In this document: piece by piece, positions 42,021-55,723 of the stretch
Layout of the letters: each line of letters begins with the position of its first letter
Position numbering within the stretch: the first letter of the stretch is position 1
Source: Paraspadella gotoi
Lineage: Eukaryota; Animalia; Chaetognatha
Reading direction: 5' to 3'
Assembly: GCA_051294375.1 (NCBI GenBank)
Contig: CM119269.1
Span: forward strand, 21,794,434 to 21,858,433
Length of the DNA: 64,000 nucleotides
The notes under the pieces: model-generated
The model's input: only the letters and a program-made list of their open reading frames with translations
Databases searched by the model: none
Told to the model about the DNA's origin: nothing
Program-made: the position numbers and the translations under genes

Positions 42021-42449
42021 TTTTAGGAAAGGGAGAAATCATTTTATTCAAGTGAATAAATGGCCTCACTTGGGCGTTTAAATGTTGCTGATAAAATAAA
42101 ACGATGGAAAAATGACGCAGATTCATTTGAAATAAATTCGATTTCTCGTAAACTTGTAATAAGTAATGTAGTAATACTATTTTTGTTCACTGAAATTAGT
42201 TTACCATTGTTGATTATATTATATTATTTATACATACATTTTATTTTCTATTTATATTTTATGTATATTTACATATATATTCATTGTTTATACAGTGAAT
42301 TACCGTTAATTTGTATTCCTTTTAGTTTTTAAAACATCGATTGTTCCTTGTCTCTTCATTGCAGACTTCAATTCTCTCTCTCGTTATAGTTTTTAAAACT
42401 TTACCGATTGTTGCTCTCGTCATGAGTCAATTTGTTTTTTCTCCTTTGA

Positions 42450-42501
42450 TCTCGATCCCGACGCGAGTTCTATAAGAATAATTTTTGGTCGGTCGGTCAG
42501 T
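42450..42501 (+). mobile_element. Helentron/HINE (DINE-1-like) 5' end fragment
   Basis: acgcgagttctataaga...tttggtcggtcggtcag; same layout as 60751-60866 (minus). Confidence 0.45.
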
Positions 42502-43149
42502 ATATTAATTATTTTATTTGTTTTAAATGCTTATAAATCATATGATATAAAATTATTTCATATTTAATTAAAATAGTATGTAACATATGATATTTAATAT
42601 GCGTATATTTATTAGATGTTTAATATGCATATATTTATTATAATTATAATTTTTTTTAATATATATATATTTATTAGATTTTTAACTTGCATATATTCCA
42701 TACTTGTACAATGTGCAGTGATGTAGTTCCCTGAAAATTATTTTATGATGAAAATACTATTCGGAGACATACTACTTATTTGCGTAGTTATAATATTATT
42801 TAAAAATATACAAAATCCAATCACTTCGGTGCAACAGCTTAAACTACTGCCCTCTTGTTTAACCGATGTTTTTCTCCCGATAGCATCATGCATTATGCAC
42901 AAACCATAGTAAATCGTCAAGGTCTCATTTCTCCTTCGCGCAGCAGTTTAGTCCCAACGATATTCAACACCCAAGCGTCTTGAGATATCCGGATGTAGTC
43001 GGTTTACGCTGGAACGTAGGGATGTAACCGGGTTTGGTTCAGATTGTAGCAAAGAATCGTAATTAACCCAGATTTTTTTTTGTACTTGAACTTGTTCACC
43101 CAGACATTAAGAAGAATTCATCGCAGTTCAATAATCCAGTCCAGGCTTA

Positions 43150-43197
<48 letters not shown>

Positions 43198-43310
43198 CTC
43201 TATCGTCGCTTTCAACCCTCTTCCCTTTGGGAGGTCAACCCTTCTCTGCGGTCAGAAGCATACTACCATAAAATCAGAATAGAGCCATTCCGATGAATCA
43301 GCGTCACAGA

Positions 43311-43387
<77 letters not shown>

Positions 43388-44123
43388 CCCCCTTTCCCCC
43401 AATCCTCATAACTAATTCATGGTGTATTTCCTTTTTTGTTTTCTCTGTTCTTAGTGCTTGTGTCTTGTTCTCTTGTTCTTTCGTTCGCCAAAGCATTTTT
43501 TATCATTAGACACAAGAAGAAATGACAGAAAAAAAAACAGAAAAAAGACAGAAAAAAAAGATAGAAAATGGAGAAGCGTCATTAATCAAGGAATTTCGAA
43601 GCCTCTTTGCGAAAGAAATATTTTTTTTTTGTTTGGATGGATGTTTAATAATTCCAGTCACGATCAGTTGTTATGAAAATAATAACCAACATTTTAAAGC
43701 TTTTAGAATTTATAATGAAAAGGAAACCATACGGTTATACGATTACAGATATAAAATTTCACAAAGATACGATTTACATAACAATACAATTAGTAATATA
43801 TGTTTACTTTTACAATATTTGGTAGTCAAAATCATTATTTGTTTACTTTGTAAATTATAAATTGAAAAAGAGCAGAAACTTCCTTTTTTTTTAACATTTC
43901 GTTATTTCTTCATTCAAAACTAATGATGAAGTAAAAATCAAATTATAAAATCTTTACAACCCAATACATAAACAAAGAACAAAATTATTCCAATTTCCAA
44001 GGTTGGTCGTAAAAAGAAGACAATGATGACTCGTCTCTCCTCTTCCTTTTTTTCTACCCGTAACTCTATTCTTCTCTGTTGCCATTGATTCGCGGAATTA
44101 ATTATTAATAAAAAAATACAATG

Positions 44124-44157
<34 letters not shown>

Positions 44158-44864
44158 NNNNNNNNNNNNNNNNNNNNNNNNNNNNNNNNNNNNNNNNNNN
44201 NNNNNNNNNNNNNNNNNNNNNNNNNNNNNNNNNNNNNNNNNNNNNNNNNNNNNNNNNNNNNNNNNNNNNNNNNNNNNNNNNNNNNNNNNNNNNNNNNNNN
44301 NNNNNNNNNNNNNNNNNNNNNNNNNNNNNNNNNNNNNNNNNNNNNNNNNNNNNNNNNNNNNNNNNNNNNNNNNNNNNNNNNNNNNNNNNNNNNNNNNNNN
44401 NNNNNNNNNNNNNNNNNNNNNNNNNNNNNNNNNNNNNNNNNNNNNNNNNNNNNNNNNNNNNNNNNNNNNNNNNNNNNNNNNNNNNNNNNNNNNNNNNNNN
44501 NNNNNNNNNNNNNNNNNNNNNNNNNNNNNNNNNNNNNNNNNNNNNNNNNNNNNNNNNNNNNNNNNNNNNNNNNNNNNNNNNNNNNNNNNNNNNNNNNNNN
44601 NNNNNNNNNNNNNNNNNNNNNNNNNNNNNNNNNNNNNNNNNNNNNNNNNNNNNNNNNNNNNNNNNNNNNNNNNNNNNNNNNNNNNNNNNNNNNNNNNNNN
44701 NNNNNNNNNNNNNNNNNNNNNNNNNNNNNNNNNNNNNNNNNNNNNNNNNNNNNNNNNNNNNNNNNNNNNNNNNNNNNNNNNNNNNNNNNNNNNNNNNNNN
44801 NNNNNNNNNNNNNNNNNNNNNNNNNNNNNNNNNNNNNNNNNNNNNNNNNNNGTTCTCTCTCCTG

Positions 44865-44895
<31 letters not shown>

Positions 44896-45186
44896 CACTT
44901 CATGCCTGTTCTTTTATTCTTTTGTTCGAGAATTTTTTTTTTTAATCGCGAAGCCTCTCAACGTAATAATATTCTCAGCGCGGACACAAAGAGAGAGAGA
45001 GAAGAGAAGAGGAGAGAGAGAGGAGAGAGAGAGAGTAGAGAGACAGAAGAGAGAGAGAGAGAGAAGATGAGAGAGAAGAGGAAGAGGAGAAGAAATATCT
45101 TCAATATTCCATCCACCGCCGATACCGAACACGCCCGTCGCGCCCCCCCCCCCCCACCCTCTCTTACTCCCGTGTCCATTGGTTCT

Positions 45187-45270
<84 letters not shown>

Positions 45271-46442
45271 CCGCCACACAGAAAATGGCGGTTTTCTTTC
45301 CTTTTTGTCCCGCGAGGGGATTATGCGTGGAATTAAAAAAGATTGTTGACTCAGATCTCAGGTCCATCGGTCTTCGAAGTTGACTTCGAGGCTTCGACAG
45401 GAAAGTTTACCTTGAGTGGGATTCGAATCCTATCATTCCATACCGCGTCGAAGTCTCAGTTTTTAACCACTCGGCCATCTCGGAATCAAAAAAAGATNNN
45501 NNNNNNNNNNNNNNNNNNNNNNNNNNNNNNNNNNNNNNNNNNNNNNNNNNNNNNNNNNNNNNNNNNNNNNNNNNNNNNNNNNNNNNNNNNNNNNNNNNNN
45601 NNNNNNNNNNNNNNNNNNNNNNNNNNNNNNNNNNNNNNNNNNNNNNNNNNNNNNNNNNNNNNNNNNNNNNNNNNNNNNNNNNNNNNNNNNNNNNNNNNNN
45701 NNNNNNNNNNNNNNNNNNNNNNNNNNNNNNNNNATTTCATTCTTTTATTCTCTCAATCATTAGCCTATTTTTTGGTTTTTGATTGTAAAAAATATTAATA
45801 TAATGAAATTTACTAAAAAAAAAGATATTAGCTATGATCCGTCCAGGAAGGTTGCAGAAGGTTGTCATTCCGCCACAATTGCGGAAATTTGAGTTAAAAG
45901 GAATCATAACAATACTAATACCGATTGCGGTAATAGTTTAGAAATGAAAAATGATAGTGCGGTTTCTTACTTTTGTTAAAGGAAAAGAGATTTTAAAACA
46001 TATCACGAATAGTCTGTGAGAATTGTCGCTTATTCTCATGCAAGCGGCAAGTGTCTGATGTTTCGCCCGTAACGAATTGACTCATCGTGAGTCACCAAAG
46101 AAAAGTTGTATAGTATAGGTTGAAACGTTTTAATTATTTTTTTTTCGGAAAATTGTAAACACTTAATAAAACACAAGCAAAGTGAAAACGTTNNNNNNNN
46201 NNNNNNNNNNNNNNNNNNNNNNNNNNNNNNNNNNNNNNNNNNNNNNNNNNNNNNNNNNNNNNNNNNNNNNNNNNNNNNNNNNNNNNNNNNNNNNNNNNNN
46301 NNNNNNNNNNNNNNNNNNNNNNNNNNNNNNNNNNTTCCAAAATTTCAAACATTAATGAATTTTTTGTTTCCCCCAAAAAAATAAAAGCGAACTTAAAGCT
46401 TTATATAATTTAATTTGAACAAAACTTTTTTAGAAAATCATT

Positions 46443-46644
46443 TGGCCGAGTGCTTAGCGCGCCGGATTTCAACATTACGAAGAGGTTGCAGGTTCAAACC
46501 TGGCCGAAGTTACTCTTACCATAAGTAAAAATTGGTCGGAGAGCAATGACTTACCGAAGGGGGAGTAGCCAAATGTGTACTCGATATCTCTTGAAAATTA
46601 TCATTTGTACTCGAGTTATAGAGCTTGCCGTCTCAGAAATTCTA
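46443..46644 (+). mobile_element. tRNA-derived SINE, head type B (minus-strand copies ~47067-47398 and ~56335-56745)
   Basis: TGGCCGAGTGCTTAGCGC A-box-like and GGTTCAAACC B box; body tggtc(g)gagagcaatg-cttaccgaagggggagtagcca...tgtactcgagtta-agagcttgccgtctcagaaattcta. Confidence 0.75.
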
Positions 46645-48156
46645 TACGGATGCTACTGTACATATCGACTTTAGAATATNNNNNNNNNNAGCAAACTGAG
46701 TGAGTGATACAAGCAGAGGACGGTTGGATAGGGAGTTTGAGTTTGGGATGGGTGAAGCAAGCAGAATTAGTGGATAATATTAGGCGACTGACAAAAAGTG
46801 ATGCTTGCATGAAGGGAGAAGTCACTGAGACAAGCAGGAGCAATTAGGTTTGCAGTTGAAGACACAGGCAAGGCCATTGTGAGAATGTGAGTCAAGCCTC
46901 ACGCGTCGGGCTGGTGAGACAAGCAATGACATCGGGCGGGTAAACCAATCACGGTGAGTGAAGGCACGAAGAAAGACTTGGACTCAAGTTTCAAGATTCA
47001 AGATGTTTGTGGAGTTAGCGATGGTGAAAAAAAAATAATGTCAGTTTCGAGTAAAAGAGTTAAGATTAGAATTTCTGAGACGGCAGGTAGTCTAGAAGGT
47101 GCGGGATTATTGTACAGCATAGTCATGCGCGTGTATGTTAGGAGGCAGAGTAAGTTGCATGCACGCACTAGAACATCATAATAAATTCGAGTACACGGAG
47201 ATAGAGCAATGACTTAAATACTCGCAACGACGAGGAATGTTAACATGCGCAGTACACATTGTGCTATTCCCCTTCGTAAGATCATGGCTCCTACCGGGAC
47301 CAATTTTTACTATATATGTGTAAAGAGTAACTTCGGCCAGGTTTGAACCTCTTCGTAATGTTGAAAATCCGGCGCGCTAAGCACTGGCACTCGGCCAAAT
47401 GATTTTCTAAAAAAGTTTTGTTCAAATTAAAATTATATAAAGCTTTAGTTCGCTTTTATTTTTTGGGGGAAACAAAAAATTCATTAATGTTTGAAATTTT
47501 GGAGAAAAGTCAGAGGCAGTTGCCTCGTTGTTAAGCTGTGACGTCGAACGTTTTCACTTTGCTTGTGTTTTATTAAGTGTTTACAATTTTCCGAAAAAAA
47601 AATAATTAAAACGTTTTCAACCTATACTATACAACTTTTTCTTTTGGTGACTCACGATGAGTCAATTCGTTACGGGCGAAACATCAGACACTTGCCGCTT
47701 GCCATTGAGAATAAGCGACAATTCCTCACAGATCTATTCGTGATATGTTTTAAAATCTCTTTTCCTTTACAAAAGTAAGAAAACCGCACTATCATTTATT
47801 CATTTCTAAACTATTACCGCAATCGGTATTAGTATTGTTATGATTCCTTTAACTCAAATTTCCGCAATTGTGCGGATGACACTACTGAACCTTCCTGACT
47901 GATCCTTCTTAAGATAACGTTACTATTGCTAATGAATCTGTTTTTAATACCGCATATACTAATATCTTTTTTTTTTAGTAAATTTCATTATATTAATATT
48001 TTTTAAACAATCAAAAACCAAAAAATAGCTAATGATTGAGAGAATAAAAGAATGAAATTGTTTTGAAAAAAGAATAATTTAGTTTTTGGTTGGCATTAAA
48101 AAAAGAATAGTGAAAACTAAATTTTTATTAAGGTTTTTGAAGATCTTTTTTTGATT

Positions 48157-48388
48157 CCGAGATGGCCGAGTGGTTAAAAACTAAGCTTCGACGCGGTATG
48201 GAATGTTAGGATTCGAATCCCACTCAAGGTAAACTTTTACAATAAACGCTATGTCCCAAAAGTGGTCGAGAGCAATGGCTTACCGAAGGGGGAGTAGCCA
48301 TATGAGTACTCGATAACAAGACAAAAACTCGTCATTTCGAATTATCATTTGTACTCGAGTTACAGAGCTTGCCGTCTCAGAAATTCTA
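48157..48388 (+). mobile_element. tRNA-derived SINE, head type A (copies 57458-57671 plus; head only 45404-45483 minus)
   Basis: GATGGCCGAGTGGTTAA A box and GGATTCGAATCCC B box (48209-48221), no intact anticodon arm, same body as 46443-46644. Confidence 0.78.
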
Positions 48389-49037
48389 ATCTTAACTTTT
48401 TTACTCGAAACTGACATTATTTTTTTTTTTCACCATCCTAACTCCACAAACATCTTGATGAATTGAGTCCAAGTCTTTCTTCGTGCCTTCACTCACCGTG
48501 ATTGGTTACCCGCCCGAATGTCATTGCTTGTCTCACCAGCCCGAGCCGTGAGGTTGACTCACATTCTCACAATGGCCTTTGCCGTGTCTTCAACTGCAAA
48601 ACCTAATTGCTCCTGCTTGTCCTCAGTGACTTCTTCCCTTCATGCAAGCATCACTTTTTGTCAGTCGCTAATATTATCACTAATTCTGCTTGCTTCACCC
48701 ATATCCCAACTCAACCCCTATCCAACCGTCCTCTGCTTGTATCACCACATCAGTTTGCTTTCCCTACTAACTCATTCCGTCTACTTATCTCTCGCCCCTT
48801 TGCCTTGCCAGAACCCTTCCCTGTTTGTTTCTCCCTTCCCTCCTTGCTTGCCCTACCCCTCCTGCTTGCTTCCCCCTTCGTACTCCACACCCCTGCTTGT
48901 CCCACTCCGTACTCCCGGAGCCTCGAAGCCTGAAGCCTCGAAGACCGATGACCTGAATCTGAGTCACATCTTTTATTCACGCATAATCCTACGCGGGGAC
49001 AAAAAAGGAAGTAAAACCGCCATTTTCTGTGTGGCGG

Positions 49038-49096
<59 letters not shown>

Positions 49097-49192
49097 AGAG
49101 GAAGGGAGAACAATGGACAGGGAGTAAGAGATGGGGGGGGGGCGCGACGGGCGTGTTCGGTATCGGCGGTGGATGGAATATTGAAAGATATT

Positions 49193-49275
<83 letters not shown>

Positions 49276-49952
49276 CTTTGTGTCCGCGCTGAGAATATTA
49301 TCTACGTGAGGCTTCGACGATTAAAAAAAAAAATTCTCGAACAAAGACCTANNNNNNNNNNNNNNNNNNNNNNNNNTTTCTAAATGTTATTCAATAAAGT
49401 TAAGTAACTATATTACATATTTTTATTTCATGTGATTAATATCTAACCTATAAGATTGCACACAATGTTTAATATATTATCTCATCTTTAAACCCTATTT
49501 AAAAATTATTTAACAAGTTTAAAGTTCAGTTGAATTTGATTTTTTTAAATTGTTTATTTTTTTCACGTTAGGTTATTACATTAACCTACATCGTACGGAT
49601 TATTTTGTTATTGATGTCAAAGTATATCCTTATTTATTTATTTATTTATTTGACGCATCAAAGTTTGGCTTGCAGTTTCTTTTGGCCTTGAATGGCTTAC
49701 GAGGGATTTTTTCTTGTCCTGCGGTGACGAATACGACAAAAGTCGACGCAAGGTCGATTCAGAGTGTTAAAGGCGAGGAATAGGAAGGCATGAGAGAGAG
49801 AGAGAGAGATGAGAGATGAGGAGAGGAGAGAGAGAGAAGAGAGAGAAGAGAGAGTAGAGAGAGAGTGAAAGAAAGAGAGAGAGAGAGAAAGAGAAGGAGA
49901 GAGAGACGAGAGAGAAGAAAAAAGAAAGAGAGAGTAGAGAGAGAGAGACGGA

Positions 49953-49983
<31 letters not shown>

Positions 49984-50699
49984 TGAGAGTGAGCATGGTC
50001 GAGAGAGAGAGAGAGTTGAAAGAGATAGAGTGAAGTTAAAGACAGAAGCAAATTATTAGAATTAAAGAGATTTACAAAAAGCCAGGAGCGAAATAGTAAA
50101 TAGGAGCATAAATTTGAGCTCGAAGGAAAAATACAAGATGTGCGAAATTTGTAAAAAGGAGAAAAAAAGGAATAATAGAGAGCCTAAGAAAAAAGTAAGG
50201 ATGGAGCGCGGAAATACTTGCGGGATCGATTATTAAAATAATAATGCGAGCAGAAAGAGAAAAAATAGTCGAGCGGAAAAAACGAAAGGTAAGCGATCAG
50301 AGAAAAATAAGATTTTTAGGAATGAGAGAAAAGTGAAAAGTAGTAATTTGAAAGGAGATTTAGCTTGCGGACCATCCAAGGCCAATTTTTCGCGCCGTTC
50401 TTTGGGTTGAGCTGGATTCATGGGGTTTCCACCTCCTGGGGGTTTTATATTTTGTGTTTCTCAAACGCTACTCGACTCTCTCTCTATCATTCTCTCTCTC
50501 TCATCGTTCGAGTTTTAAATTTTAATGATATTTTTCAATTAATTTTTATTTTTATGTTTCTTCTTCATTATTTTTATTTCCTATCTTCTTTCTCTTCTCT
50601 TCTTATTTCTTTCTTCCATCTCCCACGATTGCTCTTTCCTATCTCACCTGCCTAAAATTTCTACTTCCATTGATCTTATTTCCTATTTTCTTCTATCAC

Positions 50700-51450
50700 C
50701 TACCTCATTTTCTATTTCCATCTCATCTCTTATGTTTCCTATCCCTTCCTCAATTTCCTTATTTTCCTTTCCTCAATTTCCTCCTTCTCCTCAATTTCCT
50801 ATTCCTTTCCTCCATTTCCTCCTTTCCTCCTTCTCAATTTTCCTATTTCCTTTCCTCCCATTTTCCTTCTTTCTCCCATCAATTTCCTTTCTCCATTTCC
50901 TCCTTCCTCCTCAATTCCATATTTCCTTTCCTCCATTCCTGTCTTTCTCCCCTCAATTTCCTTTCCTCCATTTCCTCCTTCCTCCTTCCAATTTGCCTAT
51001 TTCCATTTCCATCCATTTCCTCCTTCCTCCTTTTTCAATTTCCTATTCCTTCTCCTCATTCCTTCTTCTCCCTCAATTTCTTTCCTCCATTTCCCCTTCC
51101 TCCTCAATTTCCTATTTCCTTTCTCCAATTTCCTTCTTCTCCCATCAATTCCTTTCCTCCATTTCCTTCCTTCCTCCTCAATTTCCTATTTCCTTTCCTC
51201 CATTTCCTTCTTCTTCCCCTCAATTTCCTTTCCTCCATTTCCTTCCTTCCTCCTTCAATTTCCTATTTCTTTCCTGCCATTTCCGTTCTTCTCCCATCAA
51301 TTTCCTTTCCTCATTTCCTCCTTCCTCCTCAATTTTCCTATTTCCTTTCCTCCATTTCCTTCTTTGTCTCCCCTCAATTTCCTTTCCTCCATTTCCTCCT
51401 ACCTCATTTCTCAATTTCCTATTTCCTTTCCTCCATTTCCTCTCAATTTC
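50700..51450 (+). repeat. Pyrimidine-rich minisatellite (~33-40-bp units, CTCAATTTCCTATTTCCTTTCCTCCATTTCC)
   Basis: Recurring caatttcct and ccatttcct; almost no G on the plus strand. Confidence 0.9.
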
Positions 51451-51520
51451 TTTCATTCATTCTCTTTCCTCTTTTCAGTTCCTTTCTTTTCTCCACTTTC
51501 CTATTCTCCAACATGAAAAC

Positions 51521-51555
<35 letters not shown>

Positions 51556-53479
51556 TTCTCTCTCTCTCTCACAGCCTCATCTCCCTTTATTCCGAGCCAC
51601 CTCGAGTCTACCATTTCGAACCGAGACACACAAAAACCCAGTCACACCACCGCAAGCAATCGCACAACCACCAACAACACCACTATCCAAAGGAGTCTCT
51701 TAACCACCCTTTTCCACCCACAACCAATCGCATAATAAACCCACCGACAACCTCAATCGACCCCCACGAATGTCTAAAACTACCCACCGGACCACTCCGT
51801 CTCAAACTCGGATCTTAATATGTCCCCTAGTCAAACTTGCAGTGCCCGTATATGTGTACAGAGGAAAAACAGAAAAATTAGTAGGAATCGACAGACTCCA
51901 ATTCGACTTGGCAGTGGCCTCACTTTATATAAGAGAGAAATTTATCTAAAGAAGAGTGGGTGAGTAACATGACCCCCGAGAGCAGAGAAAGAGAGACGAG
52001 ACGAGAGAGAGAGACGAGAGAGAGGAAGGAAGAGAGAGAGAGAGAGAGGGGAAAGAGTCGCCGAGAACACGATGATATTTGCAGTCGATGTGTGGATTCA
52101 CCGATCTAAAACAGTTTCACATTTCGGGAGAAAAATGTTGTCAGGCAGGAACGTTTTACTTAATTGCACATAATTTTTTTAAAAATTTGGATTTTTTAAA
52201 ATTAAAAAATGTGTATATTAAGATGTCATTAATAATATATTACTTATAATTAAGTATTTAATTGCTTTTAGACCAGGTTACAGGATGTATAAAGGCCAGT
52301 TATTACTTTCACAAAAAAAATAATCTTAAAAATGGTGAACCCTTACCAAAGTATTTTTGACTTTCACTTCTCTTCGCATTGGGTTTTTTACCCGAATTTC
52401 TCTACACCCTCCTGAATACGCCACATGGGACATCCCTCAATGCACACCGCACACCCCCTCACACTGCAGTTACACAGTCTTCTTGAAGCCATAAAATAAT
52501 CTGGCCTTTCCGATAAAGTAGTATACTCTGTTATTTTACTTCTCCCCTTTTTTTAAGTCTCCCTCCAGGGCTCTAACCTCTTTTCCGCTCTCATTAACCA
52601 GGTTCTTATAAACAGTGAACTTCCCCTTTTCCCTTCGGGCACGAATATAGCCTTTCCTTCTTCCCACTTTCCCCGAAGTGAGAAGTTTTTCCTGTCTTTT
52701 CTGGGCGCGAATTTTCTGCGATTTTCATATCTGGCCACAGATGGCACTCCCGCTGAAATTGCCCGATTAGATAGTCATCCGCTGCAAAAAAAAAAAAGTA
52801 ATATATATTAAACGTTTTTAAAAATCGTCTATACCTGATTGATTTAAATAATTTGCCTAAAACTATGACGTGAATGGTTTAATATTTTAATAATATATTT
52901 TTATTCACGTTTTTTGCCAGATAAAATCAAGAATAAGGTCTTTCTTTTTGCGGGATGATGTATAGTGAGTCAACATCAACCCGCTGGCAACTTAGTTTTT
53001 TTTCCGACATCATTACCGTAATGAACGATGTCGCGGGCCACAGCCCTTTTCTTATTGGTTGCGGTGGGCAAAAGACATTTCTAGAATAGGACTGGTACCC
53101 CCTCTTCTTAGAAGTGGACGCCCGTCACCCCCCTCTTCTCAGAAGGGACCTGTCAACCCCCTCTTCTCTTCTCGGAACACTTGATAAATCCATGCAGAAT
53201 GAAAGTCCGGAATCCAAAGTTATTTTTAAGAACAACAAAAACTTTTAAACAAAATCGATGACGCGTTGGACAATTGGACATAGTTTATAATCGATCTGTT
53301 TACTTTATTGATTCAGAAATAGAGATCCCTTTTATACGAAGAAACGACACAAATGTGCGGCGCGAACACCGAGGCCGCCCCGTCGGCATGGAGAGAAAAT
53401 GCTCCCTCTTACGCCCAACGGCGAATCGAATATTGCAGTACGATCGGGTCGATGATACGCATTTCGTTACAGAACCTTT

Positions 53480-53735
53480 CCATCGTGATGTGGTGTGTGT
53501 TCCACAGATATCACCAGGTACCCGTCGTCACAGATATCTGTGTTGTGTTGTGTGTTGCCACAGATATCGAGTGCTGTGACAACTGTGTTGTGTGTTGACG
53601 TCTTCGAGTGTCGAGTCGTCACAGATATCGTGTTGTGTTGTGTGTTGCCACAATGTATCCAGGTGTAATTCGCCGATGTCGTCCACAGATATCTGGTGTT
53701 GTGTTGTGCTGTTAGCCACAGATATCCAGGGGTGT
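53480..53735 (+). repeat. Degenerate tandem repeat built on CACAGATATC and TGTGTTGTGTTG
   Basis: cacagatatc at ~53503, 53529, 53559, 53620, 53684, 53717. Confidence 0.85.
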
Positions 53736-54695
53736 TGCCTGTGTTTCCACGTTTCATCGCTTATCGTCAACTTTATTCGCTTCAATTAATTCGCCGAATG
53801 ATCTCCCCCTTTAGTTCCAATTATTATATTTATAGTTAATAACGCCCATCATTTTTTTCCGGCGCTTTCGTCTCTCTTCTTTCTTTTTTTTCACCACGCG
53901 GCGCCATCTTCGGAGACGGCCGCCACATTCGGATTTGTTTGGCCGTCCCGGCGCCCTTCCTGGCCTTACTAGCAACCGAATTCGTTTATCCCATGGCAAC
54001 GGCCAAACGGGCAGCAAGGCCCGCCCGTTGGCTCCATTTGCCCCCGACTTGCCCCTTCACTGCACAGATAGAAGGCTCGATTCTCGGGTTCTCCTTGCGC
54101 ACGTCGATTGAAACCTTAGGCACGACCACCCTTTTGCACCCCGCATTGGAGAGACATTCCTGACCTCCTTTTGCACCCGCTTGCCACGTTCCATCCCCTC
54201 CCGATCCCCTTTCGGCCCCTCGAAACCCCTTTAGGACTCCCCCTATTCAACCCCCCAATCCTACCCCCTTCTATCCCCTTCAAAGACCCCGTTCCCCCCT
54301 CCAGACCCCCCTTCTATCCTTTCCAGACCCTCTACCGCCTTTCAGACCCCCCTTTACGCTATCTCCTACCCCCTTCGAACCCCCTCTAGACCCCCTTGCA
54401 CCCCTGCCCCTCCTACCCACACTCTAGACCCCTTCCTCCCCCAGATTCCCCCCTCTATCAGCCCTAAGCGCCCCGTGCCAATATACCTTACACTCTTCCC
54501 ATATTTTTTCTGTGGCGCCATCTCTTGGAAATCTAGTTTTTTTCTCTCTTTCTTACTTCTCTCTTCTTTCTTTCTTTCTTTTCTTTCTTCTTTCCTTTCT
54601 TTCTTTTTTCTTTTTTTCTTCCTCTTCAGCAGTAAATCTTTTTTTCTTTCTTTCTTTTCTCTTTTTTTTTCTTTCTTTCTTTCTTTGCTTTTTCC

Positions 54696-55692
54696 TACAT
54701 TCTTTTTATCTTTCTTTCTCTTCCGTCTATCTTTCTTCCTTTCTTTGCTTATTTTCAATCTTCTTTTCTATCTTTCTTTCCCTTCTTTCTCTTTTCCTGT
54801 AGTTTCCCGCCCTTTTTTTCCTTAGTTTTTCCTTTTTTGATCTATTTCGCGATATTCAAAGATTCTTGGTGATATGAGAAAACCAGGAGTTTTGTTCCCT
54901 GATGCTTATCCGCGGGGTAAGGAACAGCAGCGGTAGAAGCTACGTAAGCAGCAGCAGCTGGAGCAGCCTCGACTTTAATTTACCTTCTATCTCAAAAGTT
55001 ATTTTTGAATAGGAATCGCGAAAAATTATAAGCTTATTTAAAGATGATAAAATCCGATAGCTACTTTTTTATTAATTAATATAAATAATAATAATAATAA
55101 TTAATAATAATTAATAATAATAATATATAATAATAATAATAATAGTTATAATAATAATAATAGTTAGAATCTTTTCGATGTCTTAAGTGTAATTATTTGT
55201 AATTACGTAATACATGCCGGTATAAAATTTTATTACTTATGGTATAGTTGTATTGTTTTTCGCCTCATTTAAAAAAAAATTGTTCAATTTTTTAGAATAA
55301 CTGAGTTAACCATATATACTCTTAATTTTTTTTATTTCTTAAATTTAAAAACCTTTTCAAGTTTACTTTTATTTTTAAAAATTTTATCTTTTTTTTTTTT
55401 TTAAACTTTTATCTTTTTTTCCCCCCAAATTATCGATTTTTCTTTTCTTTTTCTTTCATTTTCATATCTCCTTCCGTTTTATCTTTCTTCTTCTTCTCCT
55501 TCCTTTTTATTTCTTCACATTTCTCCTTCCTAATTCGAGATCTTCTTTCTTCCTTTCAATCTTATTTTTATTGGATCCGAGTATAAATAGATTTTTCCGT
55601 CTTTCTCTCTCATTTACCGACAAGGGATGTCCTTTTCTGTTTTTCTCTCTCCACCCCACTCTCTCTCCTTCTTCGTCTCTCTCTCTCCCCCC

Positions 55693-55723
<31 letters not shown>

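Larger units (their letters stand above)
44920..49346. repeat. Nested inverted duplication complex: 44920-45397/48922-49346, 45404-45497/48141-48236, 45734-46192/47547-48057, 46335-46520/47320-47503, 46691-47095/48365-48758
   Basis: By-eye reverse-complement matches of unique sequence, interrupted by N gaps. Confidence 0.85.

Noticed and set aside
43938-46376. ORFs of up to 321 aa
   Set aside because: They run through N gaps.
48157-48230. Functional tRNA-Ser/Leu gene
   Set aside because: A and B boxes are present, but there is no anticodon arm or good acceptor stem, and it is fused to a repeated body, so it is treated as a SINE head.
50670-51818. 382-aa and 323-aa ORFs
   Set aside because: Open only because the CT-rich minisatellite lacks stop codons; open in two frames at once.
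53480-53735. CRISPR-like repeat-spacer array
   Set aside because: The repeat core is only 10-14 bp, the linkers resemble each other and vary in length, there are no cas genes, and the context is eukaryotic.
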